In this document: piece after piece, positions 32,134 to 39,522 of the stretch
How the letters are laid out: each line of letters starts with the position of its first letter
Position numbering within the stretch: the stretch's first letter is position 1
Assembly (NCBI GenBank): GCA_016791465.1
Contig: JAEUWE010000515.1
Span: forward strand, 1 to 39,522
Length of the DNA stretch: 39,522 nt
Source: Pseudobdellovibrionaceae bacterium
Lineage (GTDB): Bacteria; Bdellovibrionota; Bdellovibrionia; Bdellovibrionales; JAMPXM01
Direction: 5' to 3'
Made by a program: the position numbers and the translations under genes
The notes under the pieces: model-generated
The model's database searches: none
What the model was told of the DNA's origin: nothing
What the model saw: only the letters and a program-made list of their open reading frames with translations

Positions 32134-33221
32134 TGAAGGTTCCTCAGGGTTTTGAGTCGCGTACTCACCAAATCGCGAACTTCGCCAAGGCCTTTGAGAG
32201 CAAAGTTCTCCTCTTCGTTTTCTTCGCCGTCGTCATCACCGTCATCGCGAGCTCCGGCAAAGCCGAAGTCCTTCTCCATTTCGTCGCTAAAGTTTCTGGG
32301 GACAACCCCTGGAACTTCGTCGTCGATCAACGCGAGTGTCTTGAGCATTGAGATATTGTGATCGGTGATCCCAACCAGAAGCGCCTCACCAGCGACTTGT
32401 ATAATCGCGATGCTTTTCTTGGGGCCGAGGTGATGCTGAGTGAGAATCTGAATTTTCGTATTGGGCTTCTGCTTCGATTTTTTCTCCGCCCACTTCTTAA
32501 TCGCAAACAATGCGCCACCGAGCAACGCACAGAGCACAAAGAGCGTGAGAACAAGTTTTTCAAGACCGGCCGAAGCTTCCTTCTTCTCGCCTTTTGCTGT
32601 GGTGAGCACTGGAATCTCACTCTCAGCGCGAGGTTTCTTTTCAGCCTCTTCGGTTTTGGCAAAAACCGGGGTCTGCTCAGTTTCTTTACCCGCCATCGCC
32701 TTACCCGTCTCGGCTTTGAGCGCAACACGTTCCGGAGTCTCAGGCGCCGGACTGTCGCCACCATTTGGAATAGCGATTGTTTTCGGCTCAGTCAGAGCCA
32801 CCTTTTGACCGGCTTCTGCCTCTGACAACAGAGGAAACTCGACCCTGACGCGACCATTCTCACGACTGAGGACCACCAGATCTGCCGCCGCACCTGCGAT
32901 CTTGCTCTTCAGCGCCATGCGAACAATACCCGTTGTTCCATCTTGCGAGAGCGATGCGACTTTCACCGCGCCATCTTCAAATCGAAACAGCTGCTTTTTC
33001 CCGTCGACCGCGAGATCGGCACCAGGAACGCGAAGCTCGATCGTGCTGACATCAGTTGAAAGCACTGTTGCTTCGTTCCCTTGAAAGTCGGCTTGGGTCG
33101 CAAACTTCGCGACCAAAGACTCACCTTCAACAGCCGCTTCAAACGAGGCTGCAAATGTCGATGCCGGTACCGCAATCGATGCAAAAACAAAGATCGGGAC
33201 AAGCGAGAATATCTTACGCAT
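32130..33221 (-). CDS. fliO: FliO-like flagellar export protein with a long N-terminal periplasmic extension (AMIN-like domain)
   Basis: The track ORF starts at 33236. The ATG at 33221 follows GGAGGG with a 7-nt spacer. The C-terminal third has one TM helix (LVLTLFVLCALLGGALFAI) plus IQILTQHHLGPKKSIAIIQVAGEALLVGITDHNISMLKTL, a FliO core pattern in the fliN-fliP position. The N-terminal ~230 aa comprise a signal peptide, a beta-rich ~100-aa domain and a charged linker. The tail is acidic. Confidence 0.7.
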   Translation of the reverse strand: MRKIFSLVPIFVFASIAVPASTFAASFEAAVEGESLVAKFATQADFQGNEATVLSTDVSTIELRVPGADLAVDGKKQLFRFEDGAVKVASLSQDGTTGIVRMALKSKIAGAAADLVVLSRENGRVRVEFPLLSEAEAGQKVALTEPKTIAIPNGGDSPAPETPERVALKAETGKAMAGKETEQTPVFAKTEEAEKKPRAESEIPVLTTAKGEKKEASAGLEKLVLTLFVLCALLGGALFAIKKWAEKKSKQKPNTKIQILTQHHLGPKKSIAIIQVAGEALLVGITDHNISMLKTLALIDDEVPGVVPRNFSDEMEKDFGFAGARDDGDDDGEENEEENFALKGLGEVRDLVSTRLKTLRNLQ

Positions 33222-33248
33222 CGGATAGCCCTCCATGGCTGACCAATA

Positions 33249-33599
33249 TTACTTCAGCTGCTCAACTCGCTCAGCTTGAGAAATAATGTCAGTCAATCGA
33301 ACACCGAACTTTTCGTTTACGACAACGGCCTCGCCGCGAGCCACAAGCTTCTCGTTGACCAACACTTCCATCGGCTCGCCGGCAAGCTTTGCTAGCTCGA
33401 TCACACTTCCCTGACCAAGATTCAAAAGCTCGCTCACCAACATTTTGGTACGACCCAATTCGACGGTCACCTTGAGCGGAATGTCCATGATCAGATCAAG
33501 ATTCCGATCTGATTTTGCTTGTTTCGCACGCGCCGGATCGGCCTCTGCAATGCTCGTCACATTGTTCTTCTCATCGGCCATGACTGCCTCCTTTTCCAT
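33249..33599 (-). CDS. fliN: Flagellar motor switch protein FliN
   Basis: 116 aa. LDLIMDIPLKVTVELGRTKMLVSELLNLGQGSVIELAKLAGEPMEVLVNEKLVARGEAVVVNEKFGVRLTDI (SpoA domain). Confidence 0.92.
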   Translation of the reverse strand: MEKEAVMADEKNNVTSIAEADPARAKQAKSDRNLDLIMDIPLKVTVELGRTKMLVSELLNLGQGSVIELAKLAGEPMEVLVNEKLVARGEAVVVNEKFGVRLTDIISQAERVEQLK

Positions 33600-34590
33600 C
33601 GCCCCCAGGGGCCTTGGTCAGCTGCATCGCCACTGATCCATGGTTGATTCCGTAAAACCCTTTAAACTTTGGTACACCTTCGACTTGGACGTCGAACTCA
33701 CCACTGGAGTCCTGATCAAGCGCGATCACGTCACCCGGCTTAAGCGTCATCAGATCCGCCAGCGTGATCTCTGTTTGACCAAGATCAACCTTCACTTCGA
33801 CCTCAGTCGAAAGTAGTTGATGTTGAATAATACCGGCCCAGATTTTTTTATCGGCCTGATCACTCTCAACCTGAAAACCGCTCTGAAGCTTCTGCTTGAT
33901 CGGCTCAATCGTCGAATAGGGGATCACCAAAGTGATCGTGCCGTTCGCGTTTTCAAGTTCGACGTCAAAGGTCGATGCGATGACGACGTCTGTTGGCGGA
34001 ACCAAGCCCACGAACTGAGGATTCACCTCTGTACGAACAAAGCTACAATCGATCTTCGCAATCGAGATCCACGCCTGCTCAAGGTCATCGATCGCAAGCT
34101 GAACGACTTTTTGAATGATCGTGAGCTCAATTGGCGTAAAATCTTTGCCTTCGACCTTATTGTATGGACGATCATCGCCGCCAAAGAAACTATCGACCAA
34201 CGCGTATGCGAGCTTCGTCTCGATAACGAGAAGGGCCGAGCCGCGAAGTGCGTTGAAACGCAGAACTGACATGCACGTTGGCATTGGCAACGTATTGATG
34301 AACTCGCCGAACTTCAAAAAGTCGGTCGAAGCGTGGTTCAGTGTTGCGATTTTACGGAGTTGCGCAGACAGCGAAACCCGAAATGAGCGCATGAACTTTT
34401 CATAGATAACATCGAGCTGCGGCAAGCGGCCGCGAATAATCCGGTCTTGACTGGTTAAGTCGTAGACAACGACGACACGATCATCACCAGGAACACCCGA
34501 CGACTCGCCGCCACCACTCTCGGCGACTTCGCCTTCGTTCACGGCGGCAAGCAGTGCATCAACTTCGCTTTGCGATAAGACCTGATTCAT
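33571..34590 (-). CDS. fliM: Flagellar motor switch protein FliM
   Basis: 339 aa. The N-terminal LSQSEVDALL CheY-P-binding-type motif. The middle domain RLPQLDVIYEKFMRSFRVSLS. The C-terminal SpoA-like part LMTLKPGDVIALD. Confidence 0.92.
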   Translation of the reverse strand: MNQVLSQSEVDALLAAVNEGEVAESGGGESSGVPGDDRVVVVYDLTSQDRIIRGRLPQLDVIYEKFMRSFRVSLSAQLRKIATLNHASTDFLKFGEFINTLPMPTCMSVLRFNALRGSALLVIETKLAYALVDSFFGGDDRPYNKVEGKDFTPIELTIIQKVVQLAIDDLEQAWISIAKIDCSFVRTEVNPQFVGLVPPTDVVIASTFDVELENANGTITLVIPYSTIEPIKQKLQSGFQVESDQADKKIWAGIIQHQLLSTEVEVKVDLGQTEITLADLMTLKPGDVIALDQDSSGEFDVQVEGVPKFKGFYGINHGSVAMQLTKAPGGDGKGGSHGR

Positions 34591-34600
34591 CGATATGACC

Positions 34601-35131
34601 TCAGTTGTAGATGAACTCGGTGAAGTGAACGTGCTTGATCTTTCCTTTGGTCAGGAAAGAATTCACGGCATCTTTAATTTCGTCGCGAAGGCCTTCCTTG
34701 CCCTGCTTCGACTCCAGATCTTTGAATGTCTTCGACGATAGGATAATAATGATGATATCGCGAATCTGCGGCTTTCGCTTGTCGATCTCTTCGATCACCT
34801 TTTCGCTTTCGACTTCTAACTCCATATTGACCTTGAGAAGTCGATTGCCGCGGTTGCCGGCAAGATTCACATAGAAGGTCTCCATCGGAATCATCTTGCC
34901 GACGAACTCATCTGGTTTCTCATGCTCCTCGTGCTGAGCCTGGGCCTCGCCCTCAACGACCTTGTCGATTGTCGCGTGCTCGGCCTCTTTCTTTTTGCCC
35001 ATGTAAACCATGGCACCGACACCGCCGACGACGATCATATTGAGCACGACCAACGCGTAGAGGAGAATCGGTTTTGAGCCGGACTTCGATCCAGCTTCTG
35101 CGCTGGGTGCTGCTGCTTTTTCTTCTGCCAC
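34601..35131 (-). CDS. fliL: Flagellar basal-body-associated protein FliL
   Basis: The track ORF starts at a GTG at 35158 with no SD. The GTG at 35131 follows AGGAGG with a 5-nt spacer. One TM helix (ILLYALVVLNMIVVGGVGAMVYM). FliL domain FYVNLAGNRGNRLLKVNMELEV ... LRDEIKDAVNSFL. Confidence 0.85.
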   Translation of the reverse strand: MAEEKAAAPSAEAGSKSGSKPILLYALVVLNMIVVGGVGAMVYMGKKKEAEHATIDKVVEGEAQAQHEEHEKPDEFVGKMIPMETFYVNLAGNRGNRLLKVNMELEVESEKVIEEIDKRKPQIRDIIIIILSSKTFKDLESKQGKEGLRDEIKDAVNSFLTKGKIKHVHFTEFIYN

Positions 35132-35188
35132 GTCCGCCTCCTGCTTCAGTGGAAACACTTCATCACTTTGCTGACAGCAACGAAGTGG

Positions 35189-35205
35189 TGCAATCGAAGT
35201 GCCAA
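35189..35205 (-). promoter_or_regulatory. Sigma-54 (RpoN) promoter of the fliL operon
   Basis: The minus strand reads TTGGCAC-TTCGA-TTGCA, an exact match to TGGCAC-N5-TTGC(A/T). The -12 element lies about 30 nt upstream of the first possible fliL start. Coordinates were verified against the track ORF starting at 35168. Confidence 0.65.
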
Positions 35206-35318
35206 TAAAGACGCATCGGAACGAAGACCCAGAACGTCGTCATCTGGGTTAAAACGCGGTTTAAACTCGGCCGAACATTCGACTCAGGACAAAGGGCGTG
35301 CAGGATTTTTGACTCCCG

Positions 35319-36182
35319 TCAGCGCCGACTCACTCGCTTCATATGTTGCAGTACATGTTCGTGCTGTGCTGGTGGAGCGCAGAGTACCGATTTGTAAGTG
35401 GGGACAAAAGGCCGGCCCGAGAAGTCCGTCGCGACTGCGCCGGCCTCTCTTGCGATCAAGACACCGGCGGCCGTATCCCAGGGCTGAAGATTCCTCTCCC
35501 AGAATCCGTCAAAAACACCTTCTGCAACCATACACAAATCAAGCGCAGCAGCGCCAAGGCGACGAATGCCACGTGCCTTTCGAATCACTTCGAGCAGCAA
35601 CTCCATCTGTTGATCGAGAGTGTTATCGGAATTCGAAAACCCCGTCGCAAACAAACCTTCGCGAAACTCGGTACGCCTTGAAGCCTCGATCGGACTGCTG
35701 TTCAAAAATGCACCCTGCCCTCGAGCCGCATGATAGCGCCAGTTCATCAGCGGCGCATCGACAACCCCGACCAGCAGCTCTCGACGTCCATGAATTTCAA
35801 TTTCAAGCCCCATGCTGATACAGAAAAACGGGACACGGTGCACGTAGTTGGTCGTTCCATCCAGTGGATCGATCATCCACAATGCCTTCCAAGTGCCACC
35901 CGAATCGGCACTCAAACCCGTCTCCTCTCCCAAAATTTGGTGGTCGGGGAACTGACCATGAATCAGACGCTTAATTGTATCTTCTGACTCCCGATCGGCC
36001 TCACTCACCAGTCCAGCTTGAAATTTCTCATCGACCGATTTGAGGCGACCGTAATGTTTTTTAAGCACCGCACCGGCCTCGTCACAGGCACGAAAAGAGG
36101 CCTTGAGCGCTGTCTGCGCCAATTCTATTGCTTCTCGCGGTAAAACAACCGGTGGTGCACCTGGACCAAGGATTGGAGTCAT
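35319..36182 (-). CDS. suhB: Inositol monophosphatase family protein (SuhB-like)
   Basis: 287 aa. LGEETG, WMIDPLDGTTNYVH, GAAALDLCMVAEGVFDGFWE, WDTAAGVLIAREAG. Confidence 0.88.
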   Translation of the reverse strand: MTPILGPGAPPVVLPREAIELAQTALKASFRACDEAGAVLKKHYGRLKSVDEKFQAGLVSEADRESEDTIKRLIHGQFPDHQILGEETGLSADSGGTWKALWMIDPLDGTTNYVHRVPFFCISMGLEIEIHGRRELLVGVVDAPLMNWRYHAARGQGAFLNSSPIEASRRTEFREGLFATGFSNSDNTLDQQMELLLEVIRKARGIRRLGAAALDLCMVAEGVFDGFWERNLQPWDTAAGVLIAREAGAVATDFSGRPFVPTYKSVLCAPPAQHEHVLQHMKRVSRR

Positions 36183-36228
36183 GCCCCATCAGCCGAATGT
36201 CTCACCTCTTTGTCAAGGATTTGACACG

Positions 36229-36257
36229 TTGACCCCCGAGCCGTTGGTTTCTAACAT
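36229..36257 (+). promoter_or_regulatory. Candidate sigma-70-type promoter of the SPOR-domain gene
   Basis: TTGACC (36229..36234), a 17-nt spacer, then TAACAT (36252..36257), 22 nt upstream of the ATG at 36280. The inverted repeat TGTCAA-GGAT-TTGACA lies just upstream at 36211..36226. Confidence 0.3.
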
Positions 36258-36279
36258 AGAAAGAAGCAGGAGAAATCGG

Positions 36280-37149
36280 ATGTACAAGTTGAATCAAAAA
36301 GGCGCCTCGAGCTGGGATCTTGTTCTTAAAATTTTGTCGATCACCCTCGTGTCTCTTTTCGCCTTCTCTTCAGGTGTTTGGTTTGGAAAGAAACTTTCAG
36401 ACAGCGATTATCAACGTCTCGCCCTCGAAGGTGAGTTCGATCGCGAGGTCGGCAAAGGTCAGACGGCCAGCAAAGAGTCAGACCCGACCGATGATGCTGC
36501 ACACGATGCAGAAGCCCTGACGGAAGAAGAAGTCGCGGCCGCGACAGACAAGGCGATTCACGGCCAGAAAGCCGCCGATGCTAGCGAGCACGAGTCTGCC
36601 GCCACAGGTCACGGCGCAGAGCCCGCTAAACCAGCTCAAGTGGCCGGTGGACACGGCGCTGCCACTGAGAAGCATGAGGCCGCAGCTCCGGCCCATGCTC
36701 CAGAAAAAGCTCGCTCGGTTGCCTCAACCGCGCCCGCGGCATCGGCCCATAGCGCCGCCCCTGCGAATAGCGGCAAACCGGATCTCTCGGCAGCGCACCA
36801 AGCTGCTGCTCGTGTCGCCAGCAACGCGGCTCCGGTCGCGAAAGAACAACCGAAAGCCGAAAGCCGGGTTCCATCGAGCCTACCAAAAACTGTCGGCGCG
36901 ACAAACGACGTCGAATTCACTGTTCAGGTGGCCTCTTATCCAACAGCTGAAGCCGCGAAAGAACATGTCGATTCACTCGTGAAAAAAGGCTTTCCGGCGT
37001 TTCCGGTTGAAGCGAGCATCAACGGCAAAGTTTGGTATCGCGTCAGCGTCGGAAGCTTTAAGTCTTTCAACGATGCCTCGAAGTACCGCGCTCAACTCGT
37101 GAAGCAGACCGATCTGCCTTCGGCGATTGTCAGTAAGATCTCTCGCTAA
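36280..37149 (+). CDS. SPOR-domain (septal peptidoglycan-binding) membrane protein
   Basis: The track ORF starts at 36103 inside suhB. The ATG at 36280 follows AGGAGA with a 6-nt spacer. One TM helix (LVLKILSITLVSLFAFSSGVWF). Ala/Glu/His-rich linker. The C-terminal SPOR pattern FTVQVASYPTAEAAKEHVDSLVKKGFPAFPVEASINGKVWYRVSVGSFKSFNDASKYRAQL. Confidence 0.75.
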   Translation: MYKLNQKGASSWDLVLKILSITLVSLFAFSSGVWFGKKLSDSDYQRLALEGEFDREVGKGQTASKESDPTDDAAHDAEALTEEEVAAATDKAIHGQKAADASEHESAATGHGAEPAKPAQVAGGHGAATEKHEAAAPAHAPEKARSVASTAPAASAHSAAPANSGKPDLSAAHQAAARVASNAAPVAKEQPKAESRVPSSLPKTVGATNDVEFTVQVASYPTAEAAKEHVDSLVKKGFPAFPVEASINGKVWYRVSVGSFKSFNDASKYRAQLVKQTDLPSAIVSKISR

Positions 37150-37169
37150 AAATGAGTGCAGCCGGCTCG

Positions 37170-37841
37170 CTAATTCAGATGGCCAAAAAGATACTGTAAA
37201 CTCAAAGCGACGCCCAGCCGGGCGTCGTTTGTTTTTAGCTCTTGAGCTGTTTCAAAACGCGCCTCAGCCCGGAGCCGCAGGGCCGCATTCCAGGCCGCGA
37301 GGACGCCAACGCGAGCGGCTCCGACTGGCAACCACAGTCCCGTAGACTTTTCTGTCATGCCACTCAACTGTGTTTCAGCCGTCAAACGACTCACACCAAA
37401 GCCGCCGCCGACATAGGGGACGAAACTTCCTTCTCGCGAAAACCCGAGATCGGTCCATGCCAGCAACGACTCGTTCAAACTTGCAACCTGAATTGTCTGA
37501 TTGCCATCGGCTGAACCAAAGCGACCATACTCAACACCGAAGCCAATGGTGGACGACGCCAGCGCCCATTCGATATCGGCCCCAGCTAAAAATGAAAGCC
37601 GCGCGATATCGGCCTTGGTGCTGTTGGATTTTTCAAACAACATTCCGCGCCCAATTCGCACACCCCAGCGTCGGCGAACCGTTGTCTCAGTGAGCTCTCC
37701 GGCCAAAGGCTCTGTCACAGTCGCTCCGTCACTGACCTCAAGACCGTCGGCATCCAAAACAACGTCCGAGGCAAAGGCGGAAGCCGAGCATAAAACCGCA
37801 CACAGAAAAGAGACTGATCGCAGCAGCATCTTCTTGTTCAT
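37170..37841 (-). CDS. Small outer-membrane beta-barrel protein (OMP_b-brl-like)
   Basis: 223 aa. Signal peptide LLRSVSFLCAVLCSASAFA. Alternating hydrophobic strands with Gly/aromatic girdles (GFGVEYGRF, PYVGGGFGVS, ARVGVLAAW, LGVALSLQYLF). ATGA overlap with the upstream gene. Confidence 0.6.
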   Translation of the reverse strand: MNKKMLLRSVSFLCAVLCSASAFASDVVLDADGLEVSDGATVTEPLAGELTETTVRRRWGVRIGRGMLFEKSNSTKADIARLSFLAGADIEWALASSTIGFGVEYGRFGSADGNQTIQVASLNESLLAWTDLGFSREGSFVPYVGGGFGVSRLTAETQLSGMTEKSTGLWLPVGAARVGVLAAWNAALRLRAEARFETAQELKTNDARLGVALSLQYLFGHLN

Positions 37842-39178
37842 GGCTGCACCTCTGCCGGAACCGCACAGGCAATCGTATTGAAACTCGAAACCGGCACGAG
37901 CTGTTGCAGACGCTGACAGAGTTTCTCCGTTCGGCCCTGAAGATGTCTTGATTTCAGCAGGATGCGCGCCAGCGGAGCCGCAAAAAATTCCGGCTCAATC
38001 TCTGACTGAAGCCACACGGCGCTCACATGTTCACCGAGCCCGCTCAACGAAGAGGCCAGAGCACGACGCACTTCGATCGTCGACTCATAGCGAGGCACAC
38101 CGGAATCCACCATCGTCTCAACCAGCGATCGCAAAAAGCGGCTGTAGTACGTGCCAAAGCGATAGGCGAGCATGATGCGCTCGCGATCAGACTTGCGATT
38201 GACAAGCTGGGCACGGATTTCGTCCTTCGTCAGAAGCGGTTGCGCAGGTGCATCGAGTCGACGCGCTTGATCCTCAACATGACCAAGAGAGCGGCCAATA
38301 AATTGATCATCCATCGAGTACGACCATCCCCAAAAATCGGCCAGACCCTCGTTCATGGCGCGCAGAACAACTTGATTCAATACTTTTGCTGACACTAGCT
38401 GCCGACTGGTCTCTGGCTTAATCGCAATGATGGTCTCCTTCGACGCCTCTTTGAGTGGCTCCCCTCGCGCCGAACGTACGCCGTGAACAGAGCAGCCGAG
38501 CGCCGCTATTCCACCAAGGTCGCGAACCGACTTTAAAACTCCGCCTTGAAAAATCCGATGAAAGTGCTCATGCGCAATGACACCGGCATTGAGCGAAATC
38601 GGCAATTCAGCGCGGTCGTAGGGAACAATAAAAAGCGCATCAAGGCGGCCGTCAAAAATAGCGTTATTGTAGACCAAAAACGAGGACTCGGGAGATTCGA
38701 TGATGCGCGATTGAATCGCGATTTTCTCCGGTCCCTTCATCAGGTTTTTTAATCCAAGAGTGCGATCGATATCCAAAAGTCGTTCAGCGTGAGCATAAAG
38801 CGTCGCCGCCTGAAGGGTCGCAAAATCAGCTGGCGTCCACACTGAGCCTTCTTTGACAAAACGGCCAATCGGTTCTTTAAGGCTCAGCGCTCCACCTTCA
38901 ACACTGGGATCGACGAGAATAATCGCCGCATCACCGCGGAGCTTCTCTGGCTCCCGAAAAGTCGAAAGCGTAACCGTCTGCAGCTCATAACGAGCGCTCA
39001 ATTCATTGAACATCGGGAGACGAAACTGACCCGAACCTGCCCCCTGCTCGTCCTGAACTGGCGCACAGGCGCTCAGAGCCGCAACAAGGCCAAAACCGCC
39101 CAACAATGCAGAGCACCGTGTCCGAATTGCAGAAACAGCCTGTTTTCGGGCCATCTTTTCCTGTTCCAACGGAGCCAT
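37838..39178 (-). CDS. Lipoprotein with HEXXH zinc-metalloprotease motif
   Basis: 446 aa. Lipobox LSAC (aa ~35-38). AHEHFH (aa 202-207) and a downstream MNEGLADFWG (Glu277), a possible third zinc ligand. The start could be 39178 or 39154. Confidence 0.6.
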   Translation of the reverse strand: MAPLEQEKMARKQAVSAIRTRCSALLGGFGLVAALSACAPVQDEQGAGSGQFRLPMFNELSARYELQTVTLSTFREPEKLRGDAAIILVDPSVEGGALSLKEPIGRFVKEGSVWTPADFATLQAATLYAHAERLLDIDRTLGLKNLMKGPEKIAIQSRIIESPESSFLVYNNAIFDGRLDALFIVPYDRAELPISLNAGVIAHEHFHRIFQGGVLKSVRDLGGIAALGCSVHGVRSARGEPLKEASKETIIAIKPETSRQLVSAKVLNQVVLRAMNEGLADFWGWSYSMDDQFIGRSLGHVEDQARRLDAPAQPLLTKDEIRAQLVNRKSDRERIMLAYRFGTYYSRFLRSLVETMVDSGVPRYESTIEVRRALASSLSGLGEHVSAVWLQSEIEPEFFAAPLARILLKSRHLQGRTEKLCQRLQQLVPVSSFNTIACAVPAEVQP

Positions 39179-39280
39179 CTCCGCTAAACCCTTCCAGGGT
39201 CGTTCATTGTCGAGGTTGGGTTTAGCACGCCTCGGGCCGACCCCACCAGAGCGCAGGCATCAAACGTGACGGAATTGAGC

Positions 39281-39522
39281 ATGAATCATAGGGAAAACCA
39301 GGGCTTAGGCCACGAACATTTTTCAGGTCAGGTTGAGGCGATTACACACGCCATAACGGCTCCGCTCAACCCACCACAGAAACTCGCGGTTGAGACCATC
39401 GACGGTCCTCTTCTCATTCTGGCGGGCGCCGGCTCTGGAAAGACCCGGGTTCTCACCCATCGAATCGCCAATATTATCGCCACCGGATCAGCAACACCGG
39501 AGCAGATTCTGGCTGTGACTTT
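39281..39522 (+). CDS. UvrD/PcrA/Rep-family DNA helicase, N-terminal 80 aa (runs off the window)
   Basis: My translation gives [69 protein letters not shown]. This contains the Q-motif-like LN..Q..AV and helicase motif I AGAGSGKT. Confidence 0.85.
   Translation, partial: MNHRENQGLGHEHFSGQVEAITHAITAPLNPPQKLAVETIDGPLLILAGAGSGKTRVLTHRIANIIATGSATPEQILAVT

Noticed and set aside
32327-32825. 145-aa (minus) and 155/115-aa (plus) ORFs within the long fliO gene
   Set aside because: They are alternative-frame or antisense readings of the charged Glu/Lys/Ala linker. The Arg/Ser/Leu-rich products have no RBS.
35168-35818. 216-aa plus-strand ORF starting at a TTG at 35168
   Set aside because: It is antisense to suhB and to the fliL promoter region. 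It was useful only as a coordinate anchor.
36103-36279. N-terminal 59-aa extension of the SPOR-domain ORF
   Set aside because: It would overlap the suhB 5' end on the opposite strand and cross the promoter-like region. The ATG at 36280 has a good RBS and leads directly into the TM helix.
1-39522. Search by eye for tRNA, rRNA, tmRNA, IS elements, integrases, toxin-antitoxin pairs or known defence genes
   Set aside because: I saw no tRNA T-arm-like GGTTCGAATCC motifs and no transposase or integrase-like ORFs. There are no long terminal inverted repeats flanking the low-GC islet. I recognised no defence-system signature proteins. The absence is based on visual inspection only.

Overview
39.5 kb, mostly core-like chromosome. 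Gene content suggests a Bdellovibrio-like predatory bacterium (inference): a TIGR02147/DUF4423-type regulator, an RpoH-like sigma factor next to a fliL-to-fliA flagellar cluster, and many small secreted proteins. Order of content: (1) partial gcvT with a long structured leader, an SLT-domain lipoprotein and folD. (2) A partial Flp/Tad pilus locus (flp, tadE-like, tadG-like, a pseudopilin-like mini-ORF, a CpaB-like gene and an unknown secreted protein). It is interrupted by a 4.6 kb opposite-strand block of three secreted proteins. One of these is an 875-aa protein with a roughly 235-residue uncharged Gly/Met/Tyr-rich region built partly on 72-nt tandem repeats. The locus resumes with a REC-first histidine kinase, the cpaC secretin and the cpaF ATPase. 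No tadB, tadC, tadZ or prepilin peptidase is in the window. (3) A disordered 168-aa protein with a sigma-28-like promoter, aspS, and a small PHA-system-like protein coupled to an rpoH-like sigma factor. (4) A roughly 3.2 kb lower-GC islet with four small secreted proteins and a divergent TIGR02147-like regulator. (5) A 12-gene flagellar export, switch and regulation operon on the minus strand (fliL fliM fliN fliO fliP fliQ fliR flhB flhA flhF flhG fliA), preceded by a consensus sigma-54 promoter; its FliO is unusually long with an AMIN-like N-terminal domain. (6) An inositol monophosphatase, a SPOR-domain protein, an outer-membrane beta-barrel protein coupled to a HEXXH lipoprotein, and the start of a UvrD/PcrA-type helicase. 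I saw no rRNA, tRNA, CRISPR array, IS element or integrase. The best candidates for undescribed biology are the three-gene secreted block inside the Tad locus and the low-GC secreted-protein islet. All functional calls come from motif recognition by eye, with no database search. CDS coordinates are anchored on the supplied ORF track; small-motif coordinates may be off by 1-2 nt.
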